Source of the DNA: Vulcanimicrobiaceae bacterium
GTDB taxonomy: Bacteria; Vulcanimicrobiota; Vulcanimicrobiia; Vulcanimicrobiales; Vulcanimicrobiaceae
Assembly (NCBI GenBank): GCA_051986335.1
Contig: JBPYDW010000272.1
Location: 1 to 43,768, forward strand
DNA: 43,768 nucleotides
Direction: 5' to 3'
Below, piece by piece: positions 10,401-17,275 of the stretch (positions are counted from its first letter, which is position 1; every line of letters starts with the position of its first letter). The notes under the pieces were generated by a model. The model was given only the letters and a program-made list of their open reading frames with translations. It did not search any database and was not told where the DNA came from. A program made the position numbers and the translations under genes.

Positions 10401-10725
10401 AGCGTACGCTCTGATCGTTATCGCCTATCTCTTGCAGTGGCTGCCGTGGGCGAGGTCGCCGCGCTTGGCCTTTTCCTATCACTTTTACGTGGATATCCCG
10501 CTCATTTGTCTATGCAATGTCATTGCGCTGCAGTGGGTGTGGAATCGCTACAAGGACCGGGACGATACCAGCAGGATCGCAGCAGGCGTCGGAATCGGTG
10601 CCTACGTTGCGCTAGTCGCGCTGCTCTTTGTATTCTTCTATCCGGTGCTGGCGGCACAGCCGTTATCGTGGACAGGCTGGCACGAGCGCATGTGGATCGA
10701 CAAATGGGTAGTCGGACCGGGGTAG
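7468..10725 (+). CDS. fused double GT-C glycosyltransferase: N-terminal DUF2029/GT87/PMT_2-like module plus C-terminal GT39 protein O-mannosyltransferase-like module
   Basis: GTG at 7468 with an AAGGAG Shine-Dalgarno at 7452-7457. The track start at 7198 lies inside the previous gene. Module 1 carries NDVSSFEAW...FADYPPGYLY and many TM helices. Module 2 carries FDEIYFARAGEEYL...THPPLTKLLI (the PMT DE motif plus HPPL) and a C-terminal AFSYHFY region. Confidence 0.8.
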   Translation: MNVSANARTSARPASLTWILPVLVVVGAILRLLFISNEGFKNDVSSFEAWAITLAEHPTWQFYDKAGFADYPPGYLYILGFIGHLWALFFKHFDTGFVYLKYLVKLPAIVADLFVGVLLYRIVLHFSDERWALGAAALYLLNPATILISAMWGQVDAISGGLALLATYLLILAQESPGKLTSRVVWAWLALSYSLLIKPQTAAILIPLFIAYAFADREALQARLRATAIGVVVGLVAVLLLTLPFHPTLNPLGAFSWLLDRYRHGASVYAYNSVNAFNLWTIRGAFWQAENTTLGIPQAVLGAILVVAATALVIWRYLQARTSQALLESAALLTLAFFMLATRMHERYIFDGVLFVIACIGFARRYLIVAIVLSLVLWANLHYSLQYLQTVTQSLPGNATDLWGPLDHLLSFVNVAAFFYLGYMFLGSDEPLTRVSVSGGPGAAALRRPPATLTAPSEAVSGPRGWFDPREGLIGMAGIDYVLMSLIGLGSFILSYINYWIPREEIFDEIYFARAGEEYLKRLPIYESTHPPLTKLLITLSMMLFGGLHGSGDTSTGWRFLDVVFGAFVVMLLYAFAKRITGSTVFSAIAALLFTFDGMHFVQSRIATPEGFVVFFSLAAAYAFYRFWIAEQVSVRAYIEQRRDGAIVAIAAAAALALGFLISWLIVGTLFKQSVPAIVVAGAYFALGIYLLLRLFAAPRVSPSDSQEIGYAEGSVAVRGPDNSLVLTTADGGVLDSRSKNARRGAVSQAKGGSLYYEAEELEIVYNRDASVAYRTPEGDALYTPGRIEAGGLSQNGSHSKFWLFVFTAALGCLVSSKWYGVMGFGVSFLILILVWLQRYWIQGRRPALWGNPRGYRLDVALVSIVFISATVYGLVWTKDVVNQADIHNLSDVVLRQYSMYEYHANLRATHPYSSKWWEWPIDYVPVTYYYKDLRHNHNDNNEVGVREITSLPNPAILWAGLITVPFVGVLAWYQRRKAYALIVIAYLLQWLPWARSPRLAFSYHFYVDIPLICLCNVIALQWVWNRYKDRDDTSRIAAGVGIGAYVALVALLFVFFYPVLAAQPLSWTGWHERMWIDKWVVGPG

Positions 10726-10796
10726 AGGGTGCCTGCAATCGGCGTACCGGCGGCGTTTGAGGAGCCCGTGGGCTGAAGGGCGAATCCTGGTTTCCC

Positions 10797-11543
10797 ATGT
10801 CCGGACATTCCAAGTGGCACAATATCCGCCTGAAGAAGGGGAAGGTTGACGCGCAGCGCGGCGCGCTCTTCACCAAGCTCAGCAAGGAGATAATCCTCGC
10901 TGCCCGATCCGGCTCGCCCGATCCCGATGCGAACTATCGCCTAAAGATGGCGGTAGACAAAGCGCGCGAGAACAACATGCCGCAGGACAACATAAAGCGA
11001 GCGATTGCGCGCGCTTCCGGCCAGGGCAACGAAAAAGAGATCGAAGAGTTGCGTTACGAGGGATATGGGCCGCACGGCGTGGCGGTACTCGTTGACGCGG
11101 CGACCGACAACCGCAATCGCACCGCGGGCGAGCTGCGCTTTCTATTTTCGAAGAATGGCGGAGCGCTCGGCGAAAGCGGCAGCGTTGCTTGGATGTTCGA
11201 CGCGATGGGCGTGCTGGAGTGCGACCCACAAGGAAAAGACGAAGAGAAGTTTACCGAGGACGCGCTGGTCGATGGTGTCGTCGACATCGAGTACGGCGAT
11301 CCGGTTACGGTCATCTATACGGAGCCGAGCGCACTTTCGGCCGTGCGGGATGGGCTGCGCGAACGCCGGTTCCGGATTTCCGACGCCTACCTCGGAGCGC
11401 GGGCTAAGACGAAGGTCGAGCCGTCAGGCTCCGCCGTTCGCGAAGCGATGGCGTTTCTCGAAGCGCTGGAAGACCATGAGGACGTGCAGCGCGTCTTTAC
11501 CAACTTTGACGTCAGCGAATCCGTCCTCGAGGCACTGACATAG
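10797..11543 (+). CDS. yebC: YebC/PmpR family DNA-binding transcriptional regulator
   Basis: The N-terminus MSGHSKWHNIRLKKGKVDAQRGALFTKLSKEI is diagnostic for this family. Confidence 0.95.
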   Translation: MSGHSKWHNIRLKKGKVDAQRGALFTKLSKEIILAARSGSPDPDANYRLKMAVDKARENNMPQDNIKRAIARASGQGNEKEIEELRYEGYGPHGVAVLVDAATDNRNRTAGELRFLFSKNGGALGESGSVAWMFDAMGVLECDPQGKDEEKFTEDALVDGVVDIEYGDPVTVIYTEPSALSAVRDGLRERRFRISDAYLGARAKTKVEPSGSAVREAMAFLEALEDHEDVQRVFTNFDVSESVLEALT

Positions 11544-11605
11544 CACGCTTACCAGCCGTTCACGGCGTCTCCGGCTCCGAGCGCGATAGCGACCGTCGCG
11601 GACCG

Positions 11606-12661
11606 TTGCAAATTCGCGGGGACATGATCTTCCCGATCGTCCTGGCGACGTTCGTGGCTGTCCTAACGTGGTTTGCGCGCGATCTGCACGATTTCTTACT
11701 GCCCGGTGCCGACGTCGTGAGCGTTCCATCGTTCGTCGGTCAAACGATCAACGACGCCGCAAGCGAGATTGAGCGCCAACATCTCACCTACAACGTCATC
11801 GAGCACACGACCAGCGATCGCTATCCGAAAAACGTGGTGATCAACCAACAGCCCGAAGCCGGCGCGCAGGTGCGCAAGGGCCGCCAGATCTCGTTCGTGG
11901 TGAGCGATGGAGTGGTTGCGCGATTGATGCCCGACCTGCGCTACCAGTCGATGCGCGAGGTAGCGCTCGACCTTGCCCGTACGCGCGTCCAGCTGGGCAC
12001 GGTGACGTATCAGCACAGCGACGTAGTTCCCGAAGGACACGTGATCGACCAGGATCCCGCCCCGCTGGCCGCGGTGAATGAAAATGACAAGGTGAACTTG
12101 ATCGTCAGCGAGGGTGGCGCGACGGCGCTGCTCGTCCCCGATTTTCGCAACATGAACATCGACATTGCGCGGGCGCAAGCCGCCAGAGAAGGCCTAAAGA
12201 TCGGGCAGCTCGTCTGGACTCCGCTCGGCAGCAAGGGACCGGCGCACGGCATTATTGCGCGCCAGCAACCCGCTCCCGGCACGCGGGTCAACTCGTTCGA
12301 GCCGGTTTCGCTGCAAGTGAGCGCCGGTCCACACGAGTCCGGCTACCTCTTGCGTCAAGCGCACTTGCTGGTGTCGGTGCCGGTTCCCGACGATCCGACG
12401 TCCAAGGAGATGAAGGTGCGCATCGTCGTCACCGACGCGACCGGCCGCTACGACCTGTTCAACGCATACGCTCAACCGGGGCAAAAGCTCGACTTTACCG
12501 TCACGTCGCTGGGCACATCGGTGGTCGATATGTACGTGGACAGTGGGAGCGGTGAAACCCTCGTCGGCGAAACGCGCCTCGGCAACGAGCCGCCAAACGC
12601 GTACGCGCCCGGCCCGCCCGGTTCCAAGGCACCTGTTCCCAACGCACGCGCCACGCCGTGA
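11606..12661 (+). CDS. membrane-anchored PASTA-domain protein (three PASTA repeats plus a C-terminal beta-rich domain; no kinase or PBP domain)
   Basis: One N-terminal TM helix (IFPIVLATFVAVLTWF) is followed by repeats beginning VPSFVGQ, MPDLRYQ and VPDFRNM, each about 65 aa with a PASTA pattern. The start is either TTG 11606 or ATG 11624. Confidence 0.8.
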   Translation: MQIRGDMIFPIVLATFVAVLTWFARDLHDFLLPGADVVSVPSFVGQTINDAASEIERQHLTYNVIEHTTSDRYPKNVVINQQPEAGAQVRKGRQISFVVSDGVVARLMPDLRYQSMREVALDLARTRVQLGTVTYQHSDVVPEGHVIDQDPAPLAAVNENDKVNLIVSEGGATALLVPDFRNMNIDIARAQAAREGLKIGQLVWTPLGSKGPAHGIIARQQPAPGTRVNSFEPVSLQVSAGPHESGYLLRQAHLLVSVPVPDDPTSKEMKVRIVVTDATGRYDLFNAYAQPGQKLDFTVTSLGTSVVDMYVDSGSGETLVGETRLGNEPPNAYAPGPPGSKAPVPNARATP

Positions 12662-13314
12662 GGGCGAAGATCGCCCCTTCGCTGCTATCGGCAGATTTTG
12701 CGCGCATCGCTGAAGAGATCCGCAGCGTCGAGCGCGCCGGCGCCGATTACTTGCACCTGGACGTGATGGACGGACTGTTCGTTCCAAACCTCACCTGGGG
12801 CCCGAAGATCATCGGCGACCTGCGAAAGCTCTCGCCGTTGCCTTTCGACTGCCACCTGATGATCGTCCAGCCCGAACGCTACGTCGACGAGTTTCGCTCG
12901 GCCGGCGCCGACAACATCACGTTCCATCTGGAAGCGACGCCGCACGCGCAGCGTTTGCTGACGTACATTCGCTCGATCGGGGCAAAAGCAGGCATAGCGA
13001 TCTGTCCGCAGACGCCGGTCGAGATGCTGACGGACATCATCGATGACTGCGATCTGGTTCTGGTGATGAGCGTAAATCCGGGGTTTGGCGGCCAGGCGTT
13101 CATCCCGCGCGCGTTCGAGAAGTTGCACCAGGCCCGCCGGCTGATCGACGAGCGCAATCCGCTCTGCGAACTCGAGGTCGACGGCGGCATTGGCGCGCAG
13201 AATCTGAAGCAAGTCGTGGAAGCAGGCGCGAGCGTCGTCGTCATGGGGGCGTCAATCTTCGGCGACGACGATCCCGGCGCGCAATTGCGTAAGCTGCGCG
13301 CGCTGCTTTCCTGA
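12658..13314 (+). CDS. rpe: ribulose-phosphate 3-epimerase
   Basis: Contains KIAPSLLSADFARIAEEI, HLDVMDGLFVPNLT and MSVNPGFGGQ. The GTG start overlaps the previous stop (GTGA). Confidence 0.95.
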   Translation: MRAKIAPSLLSADFARIAEEIRSVERAGADYLHLDVMDGLFVPNLTWGPKIIGDLRKLSPLPFDCHLMIVQPERYVDEFRSAGADNITFHLEATPHAQRLLTYIRSIGAKAGIAICPQTPVEMLTDIIDDCDLVLVMSVNPGFGGQAFIPRAFEKLHQARRLIDERNPLCELEVDGGIGAQNLKQVVEAGASVVVMGASIFGDDDPGAQLRKLRALLS

Positions 13315-13321
13315 CGCGACC

Positions 13322-14302
13322 GTGCGCGAAGACGACTTAATTGCGGCGATGCGCGAGATCGTCGAGCGCCCTTCGCGACGCATCTCGCTCGGTATCGGCG
13401 ACGATGCCGCCGTCTGGCAGCCGTCGCGCTCGCACCGCAGCGTCATCACGACCGATGCCCTTATCGAGAACGTTCATTTCTCTCGCGAGTGGCTCTCCTG
13501 GCACGACGTCGGCGTGCGCGCGATGGTTGCCAACATTAGCGATCTGGCGGCCATGGGTTCCAAGCCCGTCCTCGCAACGATCGCCTTGGGAATTCCGGCC
13601 GACGTTGCGGACACCGATGTGCTGGCACTCTATCGCGGAATCGTTGCCGTTGCCGACGACGCGCGCTGCGCGATCGTTGGCGGCGATATCGCGCGCGCTG
13701 CGGTTCTCACCATTGCCATTGCTGCGGTGGGCGAGGTGCGCGCCACTCGCGTTCGCACCCGTGGCGGAGTGCGGCCGGGCGACGTTCTTGCCCTAACCGG
13801 GCCGCTGGGAGCGAGTCGTGCCGGACTGGAGGTCTTGCGCGCAAGGGTAGCGTTGGACGGTTCGCAGCGCGCCGAAGCGCTGGCGGCGTTTCGCACTCCG
13901 GTGGCCCGCTGGCGCGAAGGATTGTGGCTTGGCGCTTCGCGTAGCGTGCACGCGATGATGGATTGCAGCGACGGGCTTTCGACCGACCTGACGCGTATGT
14001 GCGAGCGCTCGCAAGTGGGAGCCGCCGTCTTGGGCGTACCGGTCGCGCAATCGGCACGCGGTGCAGCCGAACTACTCAACGTCGATCCGCAAGATTTCGC
14101 GCTTGCCGGCGGTGAAGACTTCGAACTGCTGGTGTCGATCGCGCCGCGTTCGTTCGATCACCTTGCCGGCCGGTTTGAAGCGCGCTTTCGCCGTCCGTTG
14201 ATCGGTTTTGGCTTCGCCGAGGAACGGCCGGGAGTGCGGCTGCGCCGCGACGGCGTCGAGCGGCCGCTGCCCGCGACGGGTTGGGATCACCTGGCGCAAT
14301 GA
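13322..14302 (+). CDS. thiL: thiamine-monophosphate kinase
   Basis: Contains LGIGDDAAV and the AIR-synthase-related fold motifs (ANISDLAAMG, GGD). Length is 326 aa. Confidence 0.9.
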   Translation: MREDDLIAAMREIVERPSRRISLGIGDDAAVWQPSRSHRSVITTDALIENVHFSREWLSWHDVGVRAMVANISDLAAMGSKPVLATIALGIPADVADTDVLALYRGIVAVADDARCAIVGGDIARAAVLTIAIAAVGEVRATRVRTRGGVRPGDVLALTGPLGASRAGLEVLRARVALDGSQRAEALAAFRTPVARWREGLWLGASRSVHAMMDCSDGLSTDLTRMCERSQVGAAVLGVPVAQSARGAAELLNVDPQDFALAGGEDFELLVSIAPRSFDHLAGRFEARFRRPLIGFGFAEERPGVRLRRDGVERPLPATGWDHLAQ

Positions 14303-14724
14303 ATTATCCGTTCTTCGTCTCATTGGGCCACGGCGATCGGCCGCATCTACGGCTCGAGGTCGTCGGCTATGCGCATCCCGACGTTGCCGAGCCGGAGGAT
14401 TTGGATCTGCTCCGCGTGCAAGCGCACGCCAGTGCGGCGCCGGTCGCAACCACGTTCGAATTCGACGTCGGCGTTTACGAACTGCGCGAATTGCGCGCCT
14501 ACCTCGAGGAGATCAACTCCGGTAACGGACCGATGCGCAGTTTTCCGATTGCCGGCGGAATGTTGACGCTCTCGTTCGCGCCGAGCCGGCGCGGGCCGGT
14601 GCTGTGCTCCGTCCTGCTCAAGTCGATCGATGCCTCGCACCTGCGCGTCGAATACTTGGTAACGCTCGAGCCCGAAGCGATCACGGCGACGCTCGGCCAG
14701 CTGCGAGTCTTAGACGAAGCGTAG
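14299..14724 (+). CDS. hypothetical protein (141 aa)
   Basis: The ATG at 14299 overlaps the thiL stop (ATGA), suggesting translational coupling. I recognise no secure family. There is a loose resemblance to WapI-type immunity-protein layout (see findings). Confidence 0.55.
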   Translation: MNYPFFVSLGHGDRPHLRLEVVGYAHPDVAEPEDLDLLRVQAHASAAPVATTFEFDVGVYELRELRAYLEEINSGNGPMRSFPIAGGMLTLSFAPSRRGPVLCSVLLKSIDASHLRVEYLVTLEPEAITATLGQLRVLDEA

Positions 14725-14726
14725 CG

Positions 14727-15326
14727 TTACGAGGCTTGAAACGCACTGCCCAGGATGCGCGCGGCCAGGCGCGCACAGCGCGGTCCCTCTCGCGATAACC
14801 ACCACGCCTCGCGCCAGTTGGCCGGCCTGCACATGGCGCGAAGCGGGCGCAGCCATTCTTCGGAGAGCTCGCGTTGCGGCGTGTCGAGCACGACGCGAAC
14901 CGCGGCGATGCGCGGCGCGCGAATGAGTCCGGTCTCCATGTCGACGCCGGCATATCCTTGCTGCGCAAATCGGAGTCGCGCTGGACCGCGAACGAGCGTC
15001 GTGCTGGTAAGCAGCGGCGCGAAAACGGGTTCGTGACCCAGGCGCCGCGCGCCGGCTGCGAGCGCTGCGACGATTCCCGGGTCGCATTCGACGGTTTCGC
15101 CGCTGGGACTGCGCACGCGCGACGGTACGAGCACCGTACCGGTTGACAGCCGGCGATCGAGACCACCGGCGAGACCGCAGGTGATGACGATCTGGGCACC
15201 GGCCGGCGGCGACGTGCCCGACAGCGCGACACCGCACTCCACAACCCAGATTGCCGGCAGCTCTCGCCGAATCGCCCGCGCCTCGAGCCCGGTCGCGGCG
15301 ACGACGATTATTCGCGCCGGATCAAT
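14727..15326 (-). CDS. hpnG: hopanoid-associated phosphorylase HpnG (nucleoside phosphorylase superfamily)
   Basis: The core RIIVVAATGLEARA...ITCGLAGGLD...GVDMET fits the PNP_UDP/HpnG pattern. It sits last in the hpn operon. The start is unresolved: the 15326 bound is a non-canonical ATT next to the hpnA stop. The only canonical upstream start is TTG 15473 (152-nt overlap with hpnA). The next downstream start is GTG 15242. Confidence 0.65.
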   Translation of the reverse strand: MDPARIIVVAATGLEARAIRRELPAIWVVECGVALSGTSPPAGAQIVITCGLAGGLDRRLSTGTVLVPSRVRSPSGETVECDPGIVAALAAGARRLGHEPVFAPLLTSTTLVRGPARLRFAQQGYAGVDMETGLIRAPRIAAVRVVLDTPQRELSEEWLRPLRAMCRPANWREAWWLSREGPRCARLAARILGSAFQAS

Positions 15327-16278
15327 TGGCGTAACCGTTGTCGCGATACCAAGCGATGGCGCGCTCGAGCGCCGCGTCGATGGGAGTGGGCCGATGGCCG
15401 AGCTCGTTTTCGGCCATCGTCGAGTCGGCGAACATGCGCGTGCGAGAGAGCCGAACGCCTTCGGGCGGCGCAAAGGGCCGTGCGCCCGAATCCAAGCGGC
15501 AGCGCAGTTCGTCGAGTTGTGCTACGCCCAGCGCCAGCGCGTACGGCACGTGCCAGCTTGGAACGGCGCGTCCCGAAAGAGCTGCTAGCAATTCCCAAAT
15601 GCGATCGAAGCTAAGGTTCTCTCCGCCGACGACGTAGCGTTCGCCGACGCGACCGCGCTGCAGCGCCGCGACGTGGGCGCGGGCAACGTCCTCGACGGCG
15701 ACGAGGTTCATCCCGCCGTCTCCCGGCGGCCGGGCAAACATTTTTCCGCGGATAAAATCGAGCACCATCTTGCCGGTCGGAGTGGGCTTGTGGTCGCGTG
15801 GCCCGATCGGCGCCGTCGGCAAGATCGCAACGACCGGAACGCGACTCGAAAACGCGGCGCGCTCCTGTAGAATTTTTGAGGCGTGATAGCTGGAGCGATG
15901 GGAATCGCCGTTCTGGGCATCCTGGTGCATCGTGCTCGCGCTCGAAGTGAGCACCGCGCGTTCGATGCCGGCAAGCCGTGCGGCGGCCAGCAGCCCGGCC
16001 GTGCCGTCGACGTTGACCCGCCGCATCTCGGGCCGATCGTGCGGAGCGAATGAATAGAGCGCCGCGCAGTGCACGACGTAGCGGCAGCCGTCGAGCGCAC
16101 GAGCAAAAAGGCCGGGATACCGTAAGTCTCCGCTAACGACCTCGACGTCCGGCGCCGGTTTAGCGGCTCCTTGACGCGCCAGTATCCGCAGGCGATAGCC
16201 GGAGGACGACAGCGCGTCGGCGACGTGCGATCCTATAAACCCGGTTGCGCCGGTGAGGAAGACGAGGTCAGTTGCCAA
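15322..16278 (-). CDS. hpnA: hopanoid-associated NAD-dependent sugar epimerase/dehydratase HpnA
   Basis: Contains the LVFLTGATGFIGSHV Rossmann motif and the SDR-extended YxxxK (YHASK). A TTG start at 16278 gives MATDLVFLTGATG. The track start at 16596 lies inside hpnH. Confidence 0.8.
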   Translation of the reverse strand: MATDLVFLTGATGFIGSHVADALSSSGYRLRILARQGAAKPAPDVEVVSGDLRYPGLFARALDGCRYVVHCAALYSFAPHDRPEMRRVNVDGTAGLLAAARLAGIERAVLTSSASTMHQDAQNGDSHRSSYHASKILQERAAFSSRVPVVAILPTAPIGPRDHKPTPTGKMVLDFIRGKMFARPPGDGGMNLVAVEDVARAHVAALQRGRVGERYVVGGENLSFDRIWELLAALSGRAVPSWHVPYALALGVAQLDELRCRLDSGARPFAPPEGVRLSRTRMFADSTMAENELGHRPTPIDAALERAIAWYRDNGYAN

Positions 16279-17275
16279 CGGCCGCGCGGACGGTCTCCCG
16301 CAGCGAGTGCGTCGTGCGCAGGACGGCGGTCGGCTCGTAGCCGCAGTGTGCCATGCAGTTCTCGCACTTCTCGTGCTTGCCGCGGCCGTACTTCGACCAA
16401 TCCGTCTCTTCCAGCAAGGCCTTGTAGGTCTTTGCGTAGCCGGCATCGGCCATGAGATAGCACGGCTTTTGCCAGCCGAACACCGTGTAGCACGGAATCC
16501 CCCACGGCGTGCATTCGAAGTCGACCTTGCCTTCAAGAAAGTCGAGATAGAGCGGGCTGTGGTTGAGCCGCCACTTCGTGCGCTTGTCGCCGGCAAAGGC
16601 CGCGCGGAAGATTTCGCGCGTTCGCTGCACGCCCAAGAAGTGTTCCTGATCCGGAGCCTTTTCGTACGCGTACGCCGGCGAGATCTGCATCATGTCGACC
16701 TTGAGCTCGTCGTTGAGATAATCGAGGACGTTGCGAATCGACTCAGCATCGTCGCAGTCGAAGAACGTGGTGTTGGTCATCACCCGATAGCCGCGCTGCT
16801 TGACCAAAGCGATCGCTTCAATCGCCTTGTCGAAGACGCCGTCGCGGCAGACCGATTGATCGTGCCGCTCGCGCAGGCCGTCGAGGTGGATCATCCATAC
16901 AAAGTATGGCGACGGTTTGAACAGATCGATCTTTTTCTTAAGCAGCAGCGCGTTAGTGCACAAGAAGACGTACTTCTTGCGGGCGATCAACGCGTCGACG
17001 ATCTGCGGCATCTGCTCGTGCACCAGCGGCTCGCCACCGGCGATCGAGACCATCGGCGCCCCGCATTCCTCGACCGCCGCAATGCATTGCTCGACGGTGA
17101 GGCGGCGGCGCAAAATGTCGTCCGGATGCGCGATCTTACCGCAACCGGCACAGGCAAGGTTGCATTGCAGCAAGGGCTCCAGCTCGAGAACCAGCGGGTA
17201 CTTGCGCTCGCCGCGCAACCGCTTTCCTAAAATGTACTTCGCTATCGCGAGCTTTTGCCGCACGGGCATGCTCAT
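16268..17275 (-). CDS. hpnH: adenosyl-hopene transferase HpnH (radical SAM)
   Basis: MSMPVRQKLAIAKYILGKRLRGERKYPLVLELEPLLQCNLACAGCGKI carries the CxxxCxxC radical-SAM cluster motif. The ATG at 17275 overlaps the shc stop (ATGA). Confidence 0.9.
   Translation of the reverse strand: MSMPVRQKLAIAKYILGKRLRGERKYPLVLELEPLLQCNLACAGCGKIAHPDDILRRRLTVEQCIAAVEECGAPMVSIAGGEPLVHEQMPQIVDALIARKKYVFLCTNALLLKKKIDLFKPSPYFVWMIHLDGLRERHDQSVCRDGVFDKAIEAIALVKQRGYRVMTNTTFFDCDDAESIRNVLDYLNDELKVDMMQISPAYAYEKAPDQEHFLGVQRTREIFRAAFAGDKRTKWRLNHSPLYLDFLEGKVDFECTPWGIPCYTVFGWQKPCYLMADAGYAKTYKALLEETDWSKYGRGKHEKCENCMAHCGYEPTAVLRTTHSLRETVRAAVGN

Noticed and set aside
16253-17230. A 325-aa plus-strand ORF.
   Set aside because: It is antisense to hpnH, which has the diagnostic radical-SAM motif. 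No motif is present in the plus-strand product.
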